Assembly: GCA_016699145.1 (NCBI GenBank)
Contig: CP064962.1
Span: 420,001 to 452,000, forward strand
DNA: 32,000 nt
Source: Candidatus Saccharimonadota bacterium
Lineage (GTDB): Bacteria > Patescibacteriota > Gracilibacteria > UBA1369 > 2-02-FULL-48-14
Direction of reading: 5' to 3'
The notes beneath the pieces were generated by a model. The model worked only from the letters and a program-made list of their open reading frames with translations, had not been told where the DNA came from and ran no database searches. A program made the position numbers and the translations under genes. Below are positions 8,855 to 17,932 of the stretch, piece by piece. Each line of letters opens with the position of its first letter. Within the stretch, counting starts at the first letter, position 1.

Positions 8855-8908
8855 GTATTTTTGTTATCCCCTAAGTATACAGAATTACAGGAGAAAATTC
8901 AAGATTGT

Positions 8909-10099
8909 CTAGACCTCCTTGGGCTTGGTCCATTCAAAGATAAAGTGCTTGTCATACACCCCCTCTCCACCGCTGGATTTCCAGTGATAAGGCTGACGGA
9001 TTACTTTCACTTTTACTCCCAATTCTGCTTCAATATGCTTTCGAATCTGTTTCGCATCAGAATAAGGATGTTTTCCTTCAGTAACACGATTCTCAGTAGG
9101 GGTGTACACAATGTGCTGCAAAGGATCAGGAAGCTGCTCATCATCTTCCCCTGTATTGGGGAGCAAACACCCTAAGACAGCTTTTCCTCCAGGAACCAAG
9201 AACGCATTCATATTACGAATGAGCTGAGTTGGATCTGCCACACGATCAAGCACCAGGTTAGCAAGCACAATTCCAAATTGACTATTCAAAGCCTCTCCAA
9301 CTTGCCTGCGAAGTTCTGAGGTTTCAGCATCAATGGCACCCACTGCAATGTTTTGGGTTTCAGCTGCATTGCGTAAAGCAAACGTAGTACTACCATCGAT
9401 CCCTAAAGAACGTAGTCCATTATTGTCCACCAAGGTGTCCCACTCCGCTAGTTTCTGAGCAGCATTCCCACAACCAAGATCCAACATACGACGATTTTCA
9501 GGAGGAAGTTCACCTAAAAAACGTTCCGCAAGAAATCGGTAAAAGCTGGCATCGGAATTGTAGGTGTTTTCACGCCCTTCGAGAAAATAACGAAGAGCCC
9601 CTGCAATACGAGCCACCCCCGCTTCATTGTGACTCTTTGCATCGTAAAAATCCAACATGCGAGCATACTGGCCTCCTACTTCTCGCAAATGCTCAGGATC
9701 TTTCAAATGCTCTCCTATAAGCTCTCCCATCTGCCCTTCAGGAAGCTGAATGACCGGATTCCTGTCCCTAAGGTAAGCAATCATGGCTCCCACTCCCCCC
9801 TTGCGAATCTCAGCAAACTCTTCACGAACTCCTGTCCGAGCTTGTCGCATCAAATGACGTGCAAGTGCTCGATAAAAACTGGTTTCTTCACCAGAGTCCT
9901 TTAAGAAAGCGGCAAGCACGTCAGACAAAAGAGCTTCTCCATCTTCTTTCCCCTTACTTGCATCAATGCACTCTGAAAGAAGGACTGAACCCCCTTCAGA
10001 CGTTTCAACTATCGGGTTCTTAGTCATCAAATACTTTGCAATAGCATCCACGTCATGCGAACCTCGTCCAGATTCATTTTCTTCGAAAGGAAAACCCAT
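8909..10099 (-). CDS. Two-domain protein: unknown N-terminal domain (about 190 aa) plus a C-terminal class I SAM-dependent methyltransferase
   Basis: Motif I MLDLGCGNAA, motif II-like FGIVLANLVLDRVADP, and LVPGGKAVLG. It lacks the N6/N4 (D/N-PP-Y/F) and C5 (PCQ) DNA methyltransferase motifs. Confidence 0.65.
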   Translation of the reverse strand: MGFPFEENESGRGSHDVDAIAKYLMTKNPIVETSEGGSVLLSECIDASKGKEDGEALLSDVLAAFLKDSGEETSFYRALARHLMRQARTGVREEFAEIRKGGVGAMIAYLRDRNPVIQLPEGQMGELIGEHLKDPEHLREVGGQYARMLDFYDAKSHNEAGVARIAGALRYFLEGRENTYNSDASFYRFLAERFLGELPPENRRMLDLGCGNAAQKLAEWDTLVDNNGLRSLGIDGSTTFALRNAAETQNIAVGAIDAETSELRRQVGEALNSQFGIVLANLVLDRVADPTQLIRNMNAFLVPGGKAVLGCLLPNTGEDDEQLPDPLQHIVYTPTENRVTEGKHPYSDAKQIRKHIEAELGVKVKVIRQPYHWKSSGGEGVYDKHFIFEWTKPKEV

Positions 10100-10164
10100 A
10101 CTTTCTATGCTTTTACGATTAAGTCATCATAATATAAAATCGGACGAAAGTCAATAGACTCCCC

Positions 10165-11727
10165 TTACATTTCTCCTGAAGGAATACGCTTTTTTAGATC
10201 CAGATAGTCCATAATAGCTTCTGGCGTCCATTTCAAAAATTCTGGATCCCGTTCCACTTCGGTATAGAGCACTTTATAAATATCTACCACCATAGGGTTC
10301 ATCATCTCATAAAAAGTCACCTGCCTTGATAACTGAATAAATTCATCTAAAGCAAATTTATCATCATAAACCGCCATATCAATTCCAGTAGCAGGCAGCA
10401 GATCACCGGACTGAGTTTCTAAGAAAGAAACCACTGTCCCTCCCCCCGACATCTCCTTGGTCTGCAAGGGCTCAATGGCCCTAGCTTCTGCTTCTTCATC
10501 CACTTCTTTCAAAAGTCGCATCCAAGCCTGCTTGGTCTGAGTCAAATCACTCACTTGAGAAAAACCTCCCAAGCACTTATAACCATAATAACAAGCCGCC
10601 ATCACATAACAGAGCATCATTGAAGGGAAAATTTTCTTCATTTGTAGAGCCTTCGTAATCTCTTCCGGTGTATAGTCATACTGGTGCTCCCCATCCGGAC
10701 AAACCAGTTTGCCATCTTGAAGCACAAAACGAATGCGATGATTCTTACTATCCAGGCCCCAAAAGAAGTAGGTTCCTAAGTCTTTTTGCAGATCAAAAGC
10801 CCCTGGAATACCATTGAAGTACTGACGAGCGAGTTCCTGGTATTTTTTATCAAAGAGCAGCTTATACAAAAGCGAGTCAGGCTTGTTAAGATGAAATTTC
10901 ACCAAAAGCTCAGTCATCACCGTTTCAATGTCCAAATAAATCAGATTAGGAACGGCAGTTCCTTCCTTCTTAAAGAGTTCAGGCCAGAGTTTATAGTTGA
11001 TGATCGTGATTTGAGTACTGAGATCTGGAGCCGCTAGAACCTGTTCATCCAAAAAGAAATGATCAAGTAAACCCTTCACTCCTTCGGCTTTCTTAGTAAG
11101 CACTAGACCTTCTTGAACCTTACGAGCCAAAGCCTCCTTAGCGCGAAACACATCCTCTTTATTGAAAGCACGCGCATTGTAGACCACGGACATCTTCTCT
11201 TTATCAGGCAAAACAGGGAGGCGAATGAAATCTTCCGAACCTCGATTATTACCATGAAACACAATCCCACGGGGATAAGCGGAGGGGTTGTTAAGAGAAA
11301 CACTGGCAAAAGAAAGCACCATCATATACTTAAGCACTGGATCCGTTAACTCATGATAAGGCAAAACGGAGATGATATTGGAATTGATCCAGTAAGGGTG
11401 AGTGATGGGGCCATGGTGATCTGTTGTAGAGAGTACGTGATACTTGGCCAACTGAGCAGCAACTTCTTGAGCGACCGTAGGATTCAATCGTTGTTTCAAA
11501 AGGTCCTCCACTATCGAAATAAACTCCTTACGACGCTCATCTAAAGCCGGCATGGGATTGATATCCAAAAAACCGCGCGTGTACTCATAGAGACTCGAGC
11601 GGTTGCCGTGCTTTTCCATGATCTCCTTGAGAATCGGCGTACGTTCCCAAATGGCTTCCCATATTGGAAGTAGAGGGTCTGGGGTAGATGATTTAGAAGG
11701 GTCCGATTTGGAAGGTTCAAAGCTCAT
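10165..11727 (-). CDS. Hypothetical protein, 520 aa, no recognisable domain
   Basis: Long uninterrupted ORF with an ATG start, on the same strand and closely spaced with the flanking operon genes. I could not identify any motifs. Confidence 0.6.
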   Translation of the reverse strand: MSFEPSKSDPSKSSTPDPLLPIWEAIWERTPILKEIMEKHGNRSSLYEYTRGFLDINPMPALDERRKEFISIVEDLLKQRLNPTVAQEVAAQLAKYHVLSTTDHHGPITHPYWINSNIISVLPYHELTDPVLKYMMVLSFASVSLNNPSAYPRGIVFHGNNRGSEDFIRLPVLPDKEKMSVVYNARAFNKEDVFRAKEALARKVQEGLVLTKKAEGVKGLLDHFFLDEQVLAAPDLSTQITIINYKLWPELFKKEGTAVPNLIYLDIETVMTELLVKFHLNKPDSLLYKLLFDKKYQELARQYFNGIPGAFDLQKDLGTYFFWGLDSKNHRIRFVLQDGKLVCPDGEHQYDYTPEEITKALQMKKIFPSMMLCYVMAACYYGYKCLGGFSQVSDLTQTKQAWMRLLKEVDEEAEARAIEPLQTKEMSGGGTVVSFLETQSGDLLPATGIDMAVYDDKFALDEFIQLSRQVTFYEMMNPMVVDIYKVLYTEVERDPEFLKWTPEAIMDYLDLKKRIPSGEM

Positions 11728-11788
11728 AAAGGCTTTTGGGGTAGTATATTAAAATTCAACAAAAAAACAAGAGCCTAACTTTTTGAGG

Positions 11789-12514
11789 TCAGACTCTTAA
11801 AGAATATGGCTTAGCCCCCATCCCAGAACAGGGCTTCAATCCAAGCATTCGTAGATCAGTTGTAAGATCCAAAGAAGTGCCCAAACGTCCATGCACCAGT
11901 TTTGGCTCAGCAAGCTCCCCACTTCGATACAGTACAGCCGAGTCAGGTTCATCTTTCCAAGAATGCGCATAGCGAAGAGCTGAACGCTCATAGGCCCAAC
12001 GAGCCCGCCTGCGAGAAGCCTCTAAAGCTGGCTTGGTAGCATCCATAGCCTCTGAGACTAAATTGCGATGTCTAGAAGAAAATGCATGCACTAAACCTAA
12101 ATTTGATAAAGCAGCGTTGGAACGAACAAAAGCCGACTTCCAAGAACGAAGAGCATCAGCATAGTCTTCTAGTGCAGCAAAATGAGTAGGATCCTTGCGC
12201 CGAGCATCCAAAAGACGCAAACAGGTCACATAGGAAGCACCCTGCTGATCTAAATCTGGATGATGAAAAGGACGATCCACATGCATAGGAAAAAATTGAT
12301 CATAAATGGAATCCATACCTTCGACTATTTTCGTTTTACTGAAGACAAGAAGTTCAAAGCGTCGCAGCCAGTCCACAACTTCTCGAGAATTTTCCCGTAA
12401 AAAAGCGTCTACGCACAATGGTTCATCTGTACTGACTCGAAAACCTAACCCTTCTGGGAAATCTTCTCGATCTGATACAGGAACCAAAATAGACTCAGAA
12501 TATACCATCGTCAC
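11789..12514 (-). CDS. Hypothetical protein, about 240 aa (GTG at 12514 or ATG at 12508)
   Basis: ORF track entry on the same strand, 61 bp upstream of the 520-aa gene. No family recognised. Confidence 0.5.
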   Translation of the reverse strand: MTMVYSESILVPVSDREDFPEGLGFRVSTDEPLCVDAFLRENSREVVDWLRRFELLVFSKTKIVEGMDSIYDQFFPMHVDRPFHHPDLDQQGASYVTCLRLLDARRKDPTHFAALEDYADALRSWKSAFVRSNAALSNLGLVHAFSSRHRNLVSEAMDATKPALEASRRRARWAYERSALRYAHSWKDEPDSAVLYRSGELAEPKLVHGRLGTSLDLTTDLRMLGLKPCSGMGAKPYSLRV

Positions 12515-12611
12515 ATAAATAAAATGTAGCAGGATATCATAAACTATTTTAGTAATAACGCAAGGCGGACTGGCTCTGGTCTTTTTTTGACTTAGCCTCT
12601 AAACTAACCCC

Positions 12612-13001
12612 ATGATCCCTCTTTTGCCAAAAGCCATTGCTCAAAAGTACGGCATCGATTTTGCCATCGCCTTCGGCTCTCAAGTCAGCGGACAAACTCA
12701 TGCCGAAAGCGATCTGGACCTCGCGGTTCACAGTTCAAAGAATCCAAGCCTTAAAGAAGAACTCCACCTACTCAGCGAGCTCAGTGCTTTTTATTCAAAG
12801 GAGGTGGACTTGTGCTGGATCAATGAAAATGTCAGCGCCCTACTCTACGGAGAATGGGCAAAAAACAGTCAACTGCTCTACGGAAACGAAGAAGACTATC
12901 AAGTTTTCTGCATTGAAGCGCTCAAGAAATTCCTAGACTTTGAACCCTATTTCAAACTCCAGGAGCAAGCCTTACAAGAACGTTTACGTCAACTCAGCTA
13001 A
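12612..13001 (+). CDS. mntA: MNT-type nucleotidyltransferase, antitoxin of a HEPN/MNT (type VII-like) toxin-antitoxin pair
   Basis: The motif GSQVSGQTHAESDLDLAV matches the minimal nucleotidyltransferase signature G-S-x(n)-D-x-D. It lies directly upstream of a DUF86/HEPN gene. Confidence 0.75.
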   Translation: MIPLLPKAIAQKYGIDFAIAFGSQVSGQTHAESDLDLAVHSSKNPSLKEELHLLSELSAFYSKEVDLCWINENVSALLYGEWAKNSQLLYGNEEDYQVFCIEALKKFLDFEPYFKLQEQALQERLRQLS

Positions 13002-13006
13002 CACCT

Positions 13007-13432
13007 ATGCCAAATAAAAGTCTCATTCAAAGAAAAATTCAAGAAATTCTGAAGCAGCTTCTTTTTTTAGATGAATTGACTCGCGAAAATGCAATCGCCA
13101 TTTTAGACGATGAAAAAACCTTGTACCTGGCAGAACGAGTGATGGAAAGATTGATCGGCGCAGCCATCGACATCAACATGCATCTGCTTAAAGATTTGAA
13201 ACAAGAAATCCCAGCAAACTATCGAGATTCTTTTATTGGACTCTCCAAAATCAATGTTTTAAATGAAGCTTTCGCAAAACAAATCGCACACTCCATAGGT
13301 TTGCGCAACATTCTCATTCATGAATACCAACAGTTGATCAATGAAAAATTCTTTGAAGCCATGAAAGAAGCAAAAACCGATTATAAGACTTACACTGAAG
13401 CCATTCTTCACTTCCTCTCTCAACATCCGTGA
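13007..13432 (+). CDS. hepT: HEPN-domain (DUF86, HepT-like) toxin
   Basis: The R-x4-H-x-Y HEPN motif is present as RNILIHEY. The protein is 141 aa and is paired with MNT 5 nt upstream. Confidence 0.75.
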   Translation: MPNKSLIQRKIQEILKQLLFLDELTRENAIAILDDEKTLYLAERVMERLIGAAIDINMHLLKDLKQEIPANYRDSFIGLSKINVLNEAFAKQIAHSIGLRNILIHEYQQLINEKFFEAMKEAKTDYKTYTEAILHFLSQHP

Positions 13433-14505
13433 ACTTCCCGACCCGTCACTCCCGCTTTTGCGAACTCTTCCCGGGCGAAAAACCCTTTCGTTGGAAGCAA
13501 ATCGAAGAGGGGCTTTTTCAGGTTCAAAACAAGGGCTGGAAGGATCTCACCGGCCTCCCAAAAATCCTGCGAGAAACGCTAGAAAAAGAAGTCCCCTGGA
13601 TGAGTGGCGAGGCTCAAACCGTGCTCTGCTCCAGTCGCGGCGACACCTACAAAGTGCTGATCAAACTCGCGGATGGAAACCTCGTTGAAACCGTTCTGAT
13701 GGAAAATATGCGCGATCAATGGACCATCTGCGTCTCTTCCCAAGTCGGTTGTGCCATGCGTTGCGGCTTCTGTGCCACGGGTAAAATGGGCCTCACTCGC
13801 AGTCTCACGGCAGACGAAATCATGGATCAGTACCGGTTTTGGAAAAGCTTCCTCACCGAACATCCTCGCCTGCCTCAGCGCATCTCGAATGTGGTTTTTA
13901 TGGGCATGGGCGAACCGCTGGCCAATTATGAAAATGTAAAAAAAGCCATCCACACATGGCTGGCCTACACCGACCTCGGCCCCACCCACATCACCGTTTC
14001 CACCGTGGGCATCTTGCCTGTGCTCGAACAAATCCTCACCGACCCCGATTGGCCGGACACTCGCATCGCCATTTCGCTGCACAGCGCCGTACCCGAGACC
14101 CGCAAAGAAATCGTGCCCAGCTCTTTTGAAGGATTCATTCCCAAACTGCACGACTGGATCCGCAAGTACCAAAAAGTACACGGCAATCGCCGTCACCACC
14201 TGACCTTCGAGTACGTGATGCTCAAAAATGTGAACGACACCGAGCAGCACGCACGCGTGCTGGCCGACTTTGCTGCCGAGCTCGGAGACATCAAAATAAA
14301 CCTGATTCCCTACAATTTCACAGACATGGGCGTGGAACGCAGCAGCAACAACCAAATCCATCGCTTCAAAGACATCGTCGAAAAGGCAGGCGTCGAAATC
14401 ACCGTGCGCAAAACCATGGGTGACGACATCGCAGCAGCCTGCGGGCAACTCATTACTCTTGGCAGGAAGAATCTTTGTGATATTCTTCCGTCCGAAAATA
14501 TTTAA
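13429..14505 (+). CDS. rlmN: 23S rRNA/tRNA adenine-C2 methyltransferase RlmN (radical SAM)
   Basis: Motifs CVSSQVGCAMRCGFCATG (CxxxCxxC radical SAM cluster), GMGEPLANY, and a C-terminal AACGQL. The GTG start overlaps the hepT stop (GTGA). Confidence 0.9.
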   Translation: MNFPTRHSRFCELFPGEKPFRWKQIEEGLFQVQNKGWKDLTGLPKILRETLEKEVPWMSGEAQTVLCSSRGDTYKVLIKLADGNLVETVLMENMRDQWTICVSSQVGCAMRCGFCATGKMGLTRSLTADEIMDQYRFWKSFLTEHPRLPQRISNVVFMGMGEPLANYENVKKAIHTWLAYTDLGPTHITVSTVGILPVLEQILTDPDWPDTRIAISLHSAVPETRKEIVPSSFEGFIPKLHDWIRKYQKVHGNRRHHLTFEYVMLKNVNDTEQHARVLADFAAELGDIKINLIPYNFTDMGVERSSNNQIHRFKDIVEKAGVEITVRKTMGDDIAAACGQLITLGRKNLCDILPSENI

Positions 14506-14523
14506 CCGTTAACCCACACCCAA

Positions 14524-14817
14524 ATGGACCGTACCGATTACATTGAAGGACAACGCGAAAAACTCGAAGAATTTCGTGACCGACTCGACGAACTGGAAGA
14601 ACTGCTTGCAAGCAGCGATGAAGACGAAAATGATTCCGAAATGGAAACCATCAATGCACTGCGTCGCGACCTCGAGTCTTTGGACATGAGCCTCGACGAA
14701 ATCGAACAGGCAGACGATGAAAGTTTCGAAGAAGTACAAGCGGCTTACGAAGCCGAACGTGAAGAATTTGAAGAAGCCTTTGCCGAAGCCGAAGAAATGG
14801 TGGAAGCCCAGGATTAG
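14524..14817 (+). CDS. Highly acidic coiled-coil-like small protein (97 aa)
   Basis: ORF with very high Glu/Asp content (LEEFRDRLDELEELLASSDEDENDSEME..). No family recognised. Confidence 0.5.
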   Translation: MDRTDYIEGQREKLEEFRDRLDELEELLASSDEDENDSEMETINALRRDLESLDMSLDEIEQADDESFEEVQAAYEAEREEFEEAFAEAEEMVEAQD

Positions 14818-14849
14818 AAGCGTATACTTTGCTCACCTAACCACGCCTC

Positions 14850-15251
14850 ATGACGCTCAGCCTGCTCGCCCTGTTCATGCTCCCCATTTGCCTTGCCCTG
14901 GTGCTTTCTCCAAAAAACATGCACAAGGTCATTAAGGATTGGGCCAATTCACCCGCCCTTCTGTTCTTCAGCTCTCTTTTTCTCTTTTTATTTGCTCTCA
15001 TCATCGTGATCAGCACCGGCTTCAATCTACGATTTTGGCCACAAAGTGGCACAGCGGACTGGGCCTGGAATTCTCAAGTGATCCTCTCTTGGATCGCAGT
15101 ACTCATGGGGATCAAAGGTCTCGCAGCTTTTTTCCCAAAGCTCGTCAAATGGAGAATGCACTTCGTCACCGAAGAACTCCTCCCCCTATTCGGCTTTATG
15201 GGACTTCTATTTTGGCTGGGAATGGTGTATCTTGAAACCCAAGTCTTTTAG
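14850..15251 (+). CDS. Small integral membrane protein (4 predicted TM helices)
   Basis: Hydrophobic segments read in the translation. No family recognised. Confidence 0.5.
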   Translation: MTLSLLALFMLPICLALVLSPKNMHKVIKDWANSPALLFFSSLFLFLFALIIVISTGFNLRFWPQSGTADWAWNSQVILSWIAVLMGIKGLAAFFPKLVKWRMHFVTEELLPLFGFMGLLFWLGMVYLETQVF

Positions 15252-15308
15252 CACGCAGTAGCGTAGCGAACGCGCCTAAAAAGCAACCGTCGCGCAAGCG
15301 ACCCAAAT

Positions 15309-15917
15309 ATGCCCACAAAAACTTCTAAAAAATCTGGAAAATCCACAGAGCCGCTGGTCACGGGGGACATGCTCATCGGGGAGGTTTTAAACCTCTATCC
15401 TGACACGGCCGAAATCATGCAGGATTTTGGACTGCACTGCACCTCTTGCAGCGTGAATGTGTTTGAGCCCCTCAAAGCCGGCGCCATGAGTCATGGCATC
15501 GAAGAAGAAGTCGTGGATGAAATGATCCTGCGCATCAATGAACTCGCCGCAAGCAAACGTAAAGCCCCCGACGACGGCATTTATGTGACACAAAAGGCCG
15601 CCGAAAAAATCCGTGAATTCGCCAAAGCCGAAGATAAAGAAGGTTACGGACTGCGCATCAGTGCCAAAGACAATGGCGGACGTGAACCCGTCTACGCCAT
15701 GGACTTCCTCAAGGATGGTGAGGCCGGGGACACTCGCTTTGAATTTCACGGCGTGACCATCCACTTGGACCCCGAATCCCTGGGAAACCTGCTCGGCGCC
15801 GAAGTCGATTTCATTGAAAGCGCCTACGGCAGCGGTTTCAAAATCACCAACCCTCGCTTCACCAAAAAAGGCGGAGGCTGTGGATGTGGCTCCGGTGGAG
15901 GAGGCTGTGGATGCTAA
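15309..15917 (+). CDS. Fusion of a DUF1858-like redox-disulfide domain and a HesB/IscA-like Fe-S carrier domain, ending in a Gly/Cys tail
   Basis: N-terminus: IGEVLNLYPDTAEIMQDFGLHCTSCSV..LKAGAMSHGI. C-terminus: IYVTQKAAEKIREF..GYGLRISAKDNGG..FEFHGVTIHLDPES..GSGFKITNP, then GGGCGCGSGGGGCGC. Confidence 0.65.
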   Translation: MPTKTSKKSGKSTEPLVTGDMLIGEVLNLYPDTAEIMQDFGLHCTSCSVNVFEPLKAGAMSHGIEEEVVDEMILRINELAASKRKAPDDGIYVTQKAAEKIREFAKAEDKEGYGLRISAKDNGGREPVYAMDFLKDGEAGDTRFEFHGVTIHLDPESLGNLLGAEVDFIESAYGSGFKITNPRFTKKGGGCGCGSGGGGCGC

Positions 15918-15928
15918 TCCATTAGACC

Positions 15929-17932
15929 ATGCTGGCTCTCGCCTTCACCTTCTTTGCATACAGTGCCCTTGCGCGGACCCTCAGCCGACGCCTCGATGAA
16001 AGCGGCTCTGCCGCTTTGACAATCGCATTGCTATTCACGCTCATGATCGTGAGCGTGGAAGGACTCGGCACCTTCGGGCTCTTTTCACAAAACAGCCTAC
16101 TCGTGTGTAGCATCCTCGCACTCATGGGGGGCTTTTTCCTTCGACCCAAAGATGCACCCCTCCCCACGAACGGAAAGTTTTTTTACCTGCTGCTCGGTCT
16201 GCTCGCCACCTTGCCCGCGCTCATCCCTTCAGGTGAAACGGACAGCTTCGGCTACCACTTGCCCATCGTGAATCAACTGCTTGAAACGGGCAGCGTCTGG
16301 AACGTCTTCTTCGCGGGCTTCGTGGGGCCCAACACTTATTTCCCTGCGAATCATGAAGCCCTTCAAGCCTTCCTCGCAGCCTTCACCCACAACACCGAAG
16401 CAGGCTTCCTCGTGAACCTCAGTGCACTCGCCCTCTTCTTCTTCAGTCTTAAAGAAAGCCTTGGGACAAAAGCAGCCCCGCGCTTCTCCGCCCTTTTCGT
16501 GCTCGCCGCAACCTGTACGCCCTTCCTTTTTAAACAAATTGTCAACCAGCAAATCGACCTCTTCCTTTTCGGTGTATTCGGCAGCGCCCTGGCCTTTGCG
16601 GCAAGCAGCTTCTTGAACGGGAAAAAAGTGGACTTCACAAAGGCCTGCCTCCTGCTCGGACTCTGCCTCGGCTCGAAATACAACGCCCTTCCACAAGTGC
16701 TGGTGCTATTGCCCTTTTTGTTCGCCCTTGCAATCCACCAAAAACACCGCCTCCACGACTACGCATTTAACATCGGCCTCACTCTCACAGCAGGGCTTTT
16801 TTGGTACATACGCAACGCAGTGATCGCGGGCAACCCTCTCTATCCCTTTGGCATCAGCGCCGGGCCCATTCACTGGATCGGCCACAGCAGCTTCGTGCAA
16901 GAAACAGAAGGCAGCTCCTTGCTCTCGCACCTTCAGAGTGACGGCCTTCACAGCACCCTCCGGCACGTGCTTTCCAATGGCGAATTCCACAATGAATTGG
17001 GGATGACCGCCGTCTACCTCCTGACCGGAACCACAGTGCTGCTCGCGCTCAAACTGTTTAGCCGAAGCCACCGAACTCGCATGCTCAGCTTCGCCCTACT
17101 CGCCATCGCCGCCGGAGAACTGCTCTACTACCTCAGCGCTCCCTACACCTTCACGCTCTGGAACCAAACCATCCGCTACGCGAGCCCCCTCTTTGCCCTC
17201 GTGCCCGTAGCGCTCATGTTTTGCGCCTCCACGCCCAAAAGGCAGTCCTTCCTTGGACTCTTCGCTCTGGTCTTCATCGGCAGCCAACTCAGCTCCAGCT
17301 TCCTCAGCAAGGATCACGTACAGACCTTGCTACTGGATCAATTTCACGCACACCCTTTCCTCATTTTCAGCCCCTTACTGCTCGCCTTCACACTCTCGAT
17401 CTTCCTCACGTCTAAAAAAACCCCGCAAACCACGCTGTTTCGCCTCGCCATCGCCAGTCTGCTCGTGAGCCTCTTCACAACCACCGTGGTACCTCAACTC
17501 AAAACGCCCAGTGGAGAAGCGAGCACTCTCACCGAAGACGCCTACCTTTCCGTAGATTTGCCAGGCTACAAGATGTTGCTTCCATTTTTAGAACTGCTCC
17601 GCCCACAGCCCAAAGGTAGCATCGCTTTAACTGGCCTCACGCCTTACGCGCTCTTCGAAAAAGAAGGCTTCACAGCAGTTTACATCAACACCGATGGCTG
17701 CCTCACCTGCACCTATCCGGACTACCGCAGCAAAAGCGCCTCCATCCGCACGGCACCCAACGAAGCCGCATGGAAAGCCGCACTCGCAACCGAGGACATC
17801 GCCTACCTGCTCGTCTCCACCACCTACGAACCCACGATCGTGATGCACGAAAAAACCTGGGCCGACACAGATCTCGAACACTTTGAACTGCTGCTACAAA
17901 AAGGACCGCTGAGTCTCTACCGCCTACGCTGA
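15929..17932 (+). CDS. Large polytopic membrane protein, probably a GT-C-type (ArnT/PMT-like) glycosyltransferase
   Basis: 667 aa, about 14 hydrophobic segments followed by a soluble C-terminal domain. It is convergent with, and overlaps by 16 nt, a polyprenyl-phosphate GT2 gene. The family assignment rests on architecture and context only. Confidence 0.5.
   Translation: MLALAFTFFAYSALARTLSRRLDESGSAALTIALLFTLMIVSVEGLGTFGLFSQNSLLVCSILALMGGFFLRPKDAPLPTNGKFFYLLLGLLATLPALIPSGETDSFGYHLPIVNQLLETGSVWNVFFAGFVGPNTYFPANHEALQAFLAAFTHNTEAGFLVNLSALALFFFSLKESLGTKAAPRFSALFVLAATCTPFLFKQIVNQQIDLFLFGVFGSALAFAASSFLNGKKVDFTKACLLLGLCLGSKYNALPQVLVLLPFLFALAIHQKHRLHDYAFNIGLTLTAGLFWYIRNAVIAGNPLYPFGISAGPIHWIGHSSFVQETEGSSLLSHLQSDGLHSTLRHVLSNGEFHNELGMTAVYLLTGTTVLLALKLFSRSHRTRMLSFALLAIAAGELLYYLSAPYTFTLWNQTIRYASPLFALVPVALMFCASTPKRQSFLGLFALVFIGSQLSSSFLSKDHVQTLLLDQFHAHPFLIFSPLLLAFTLSIFLTSKKTPQTTLFRLAIASLLVSLFTTTVVPQLKTPSGEASTLTEDAYLSVDLPGYKMLLPFLELLRPQPKGSIALTGLTPYALFEKEGFTAVYINTDGCLTCTYPDYRSKSASIRTAPNEAAWKAALATEDIAYLLVSTTYEPTIVMHEKTWADTDLEHFELLLQKGPLSLYRLR

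Noticed and set aside
13579-14448. 289-aa minus-strand ORF antisense to rlmN
   Set aside because: rlmN carries unambiguous radical-SAM motifs on the plus strand. The antisense ORF is the stop-free shadow expected in GC-rich coding sequence.
15873-15913. 14-nt direct repeat GGAGGCTGTGGATG (two copies) as a non-coding tandem repeat
   Set aside because: It lies inside the reading frame and encodes the duplicated GGCGC tail of the HesB-like protein. I report it under that finding instead.
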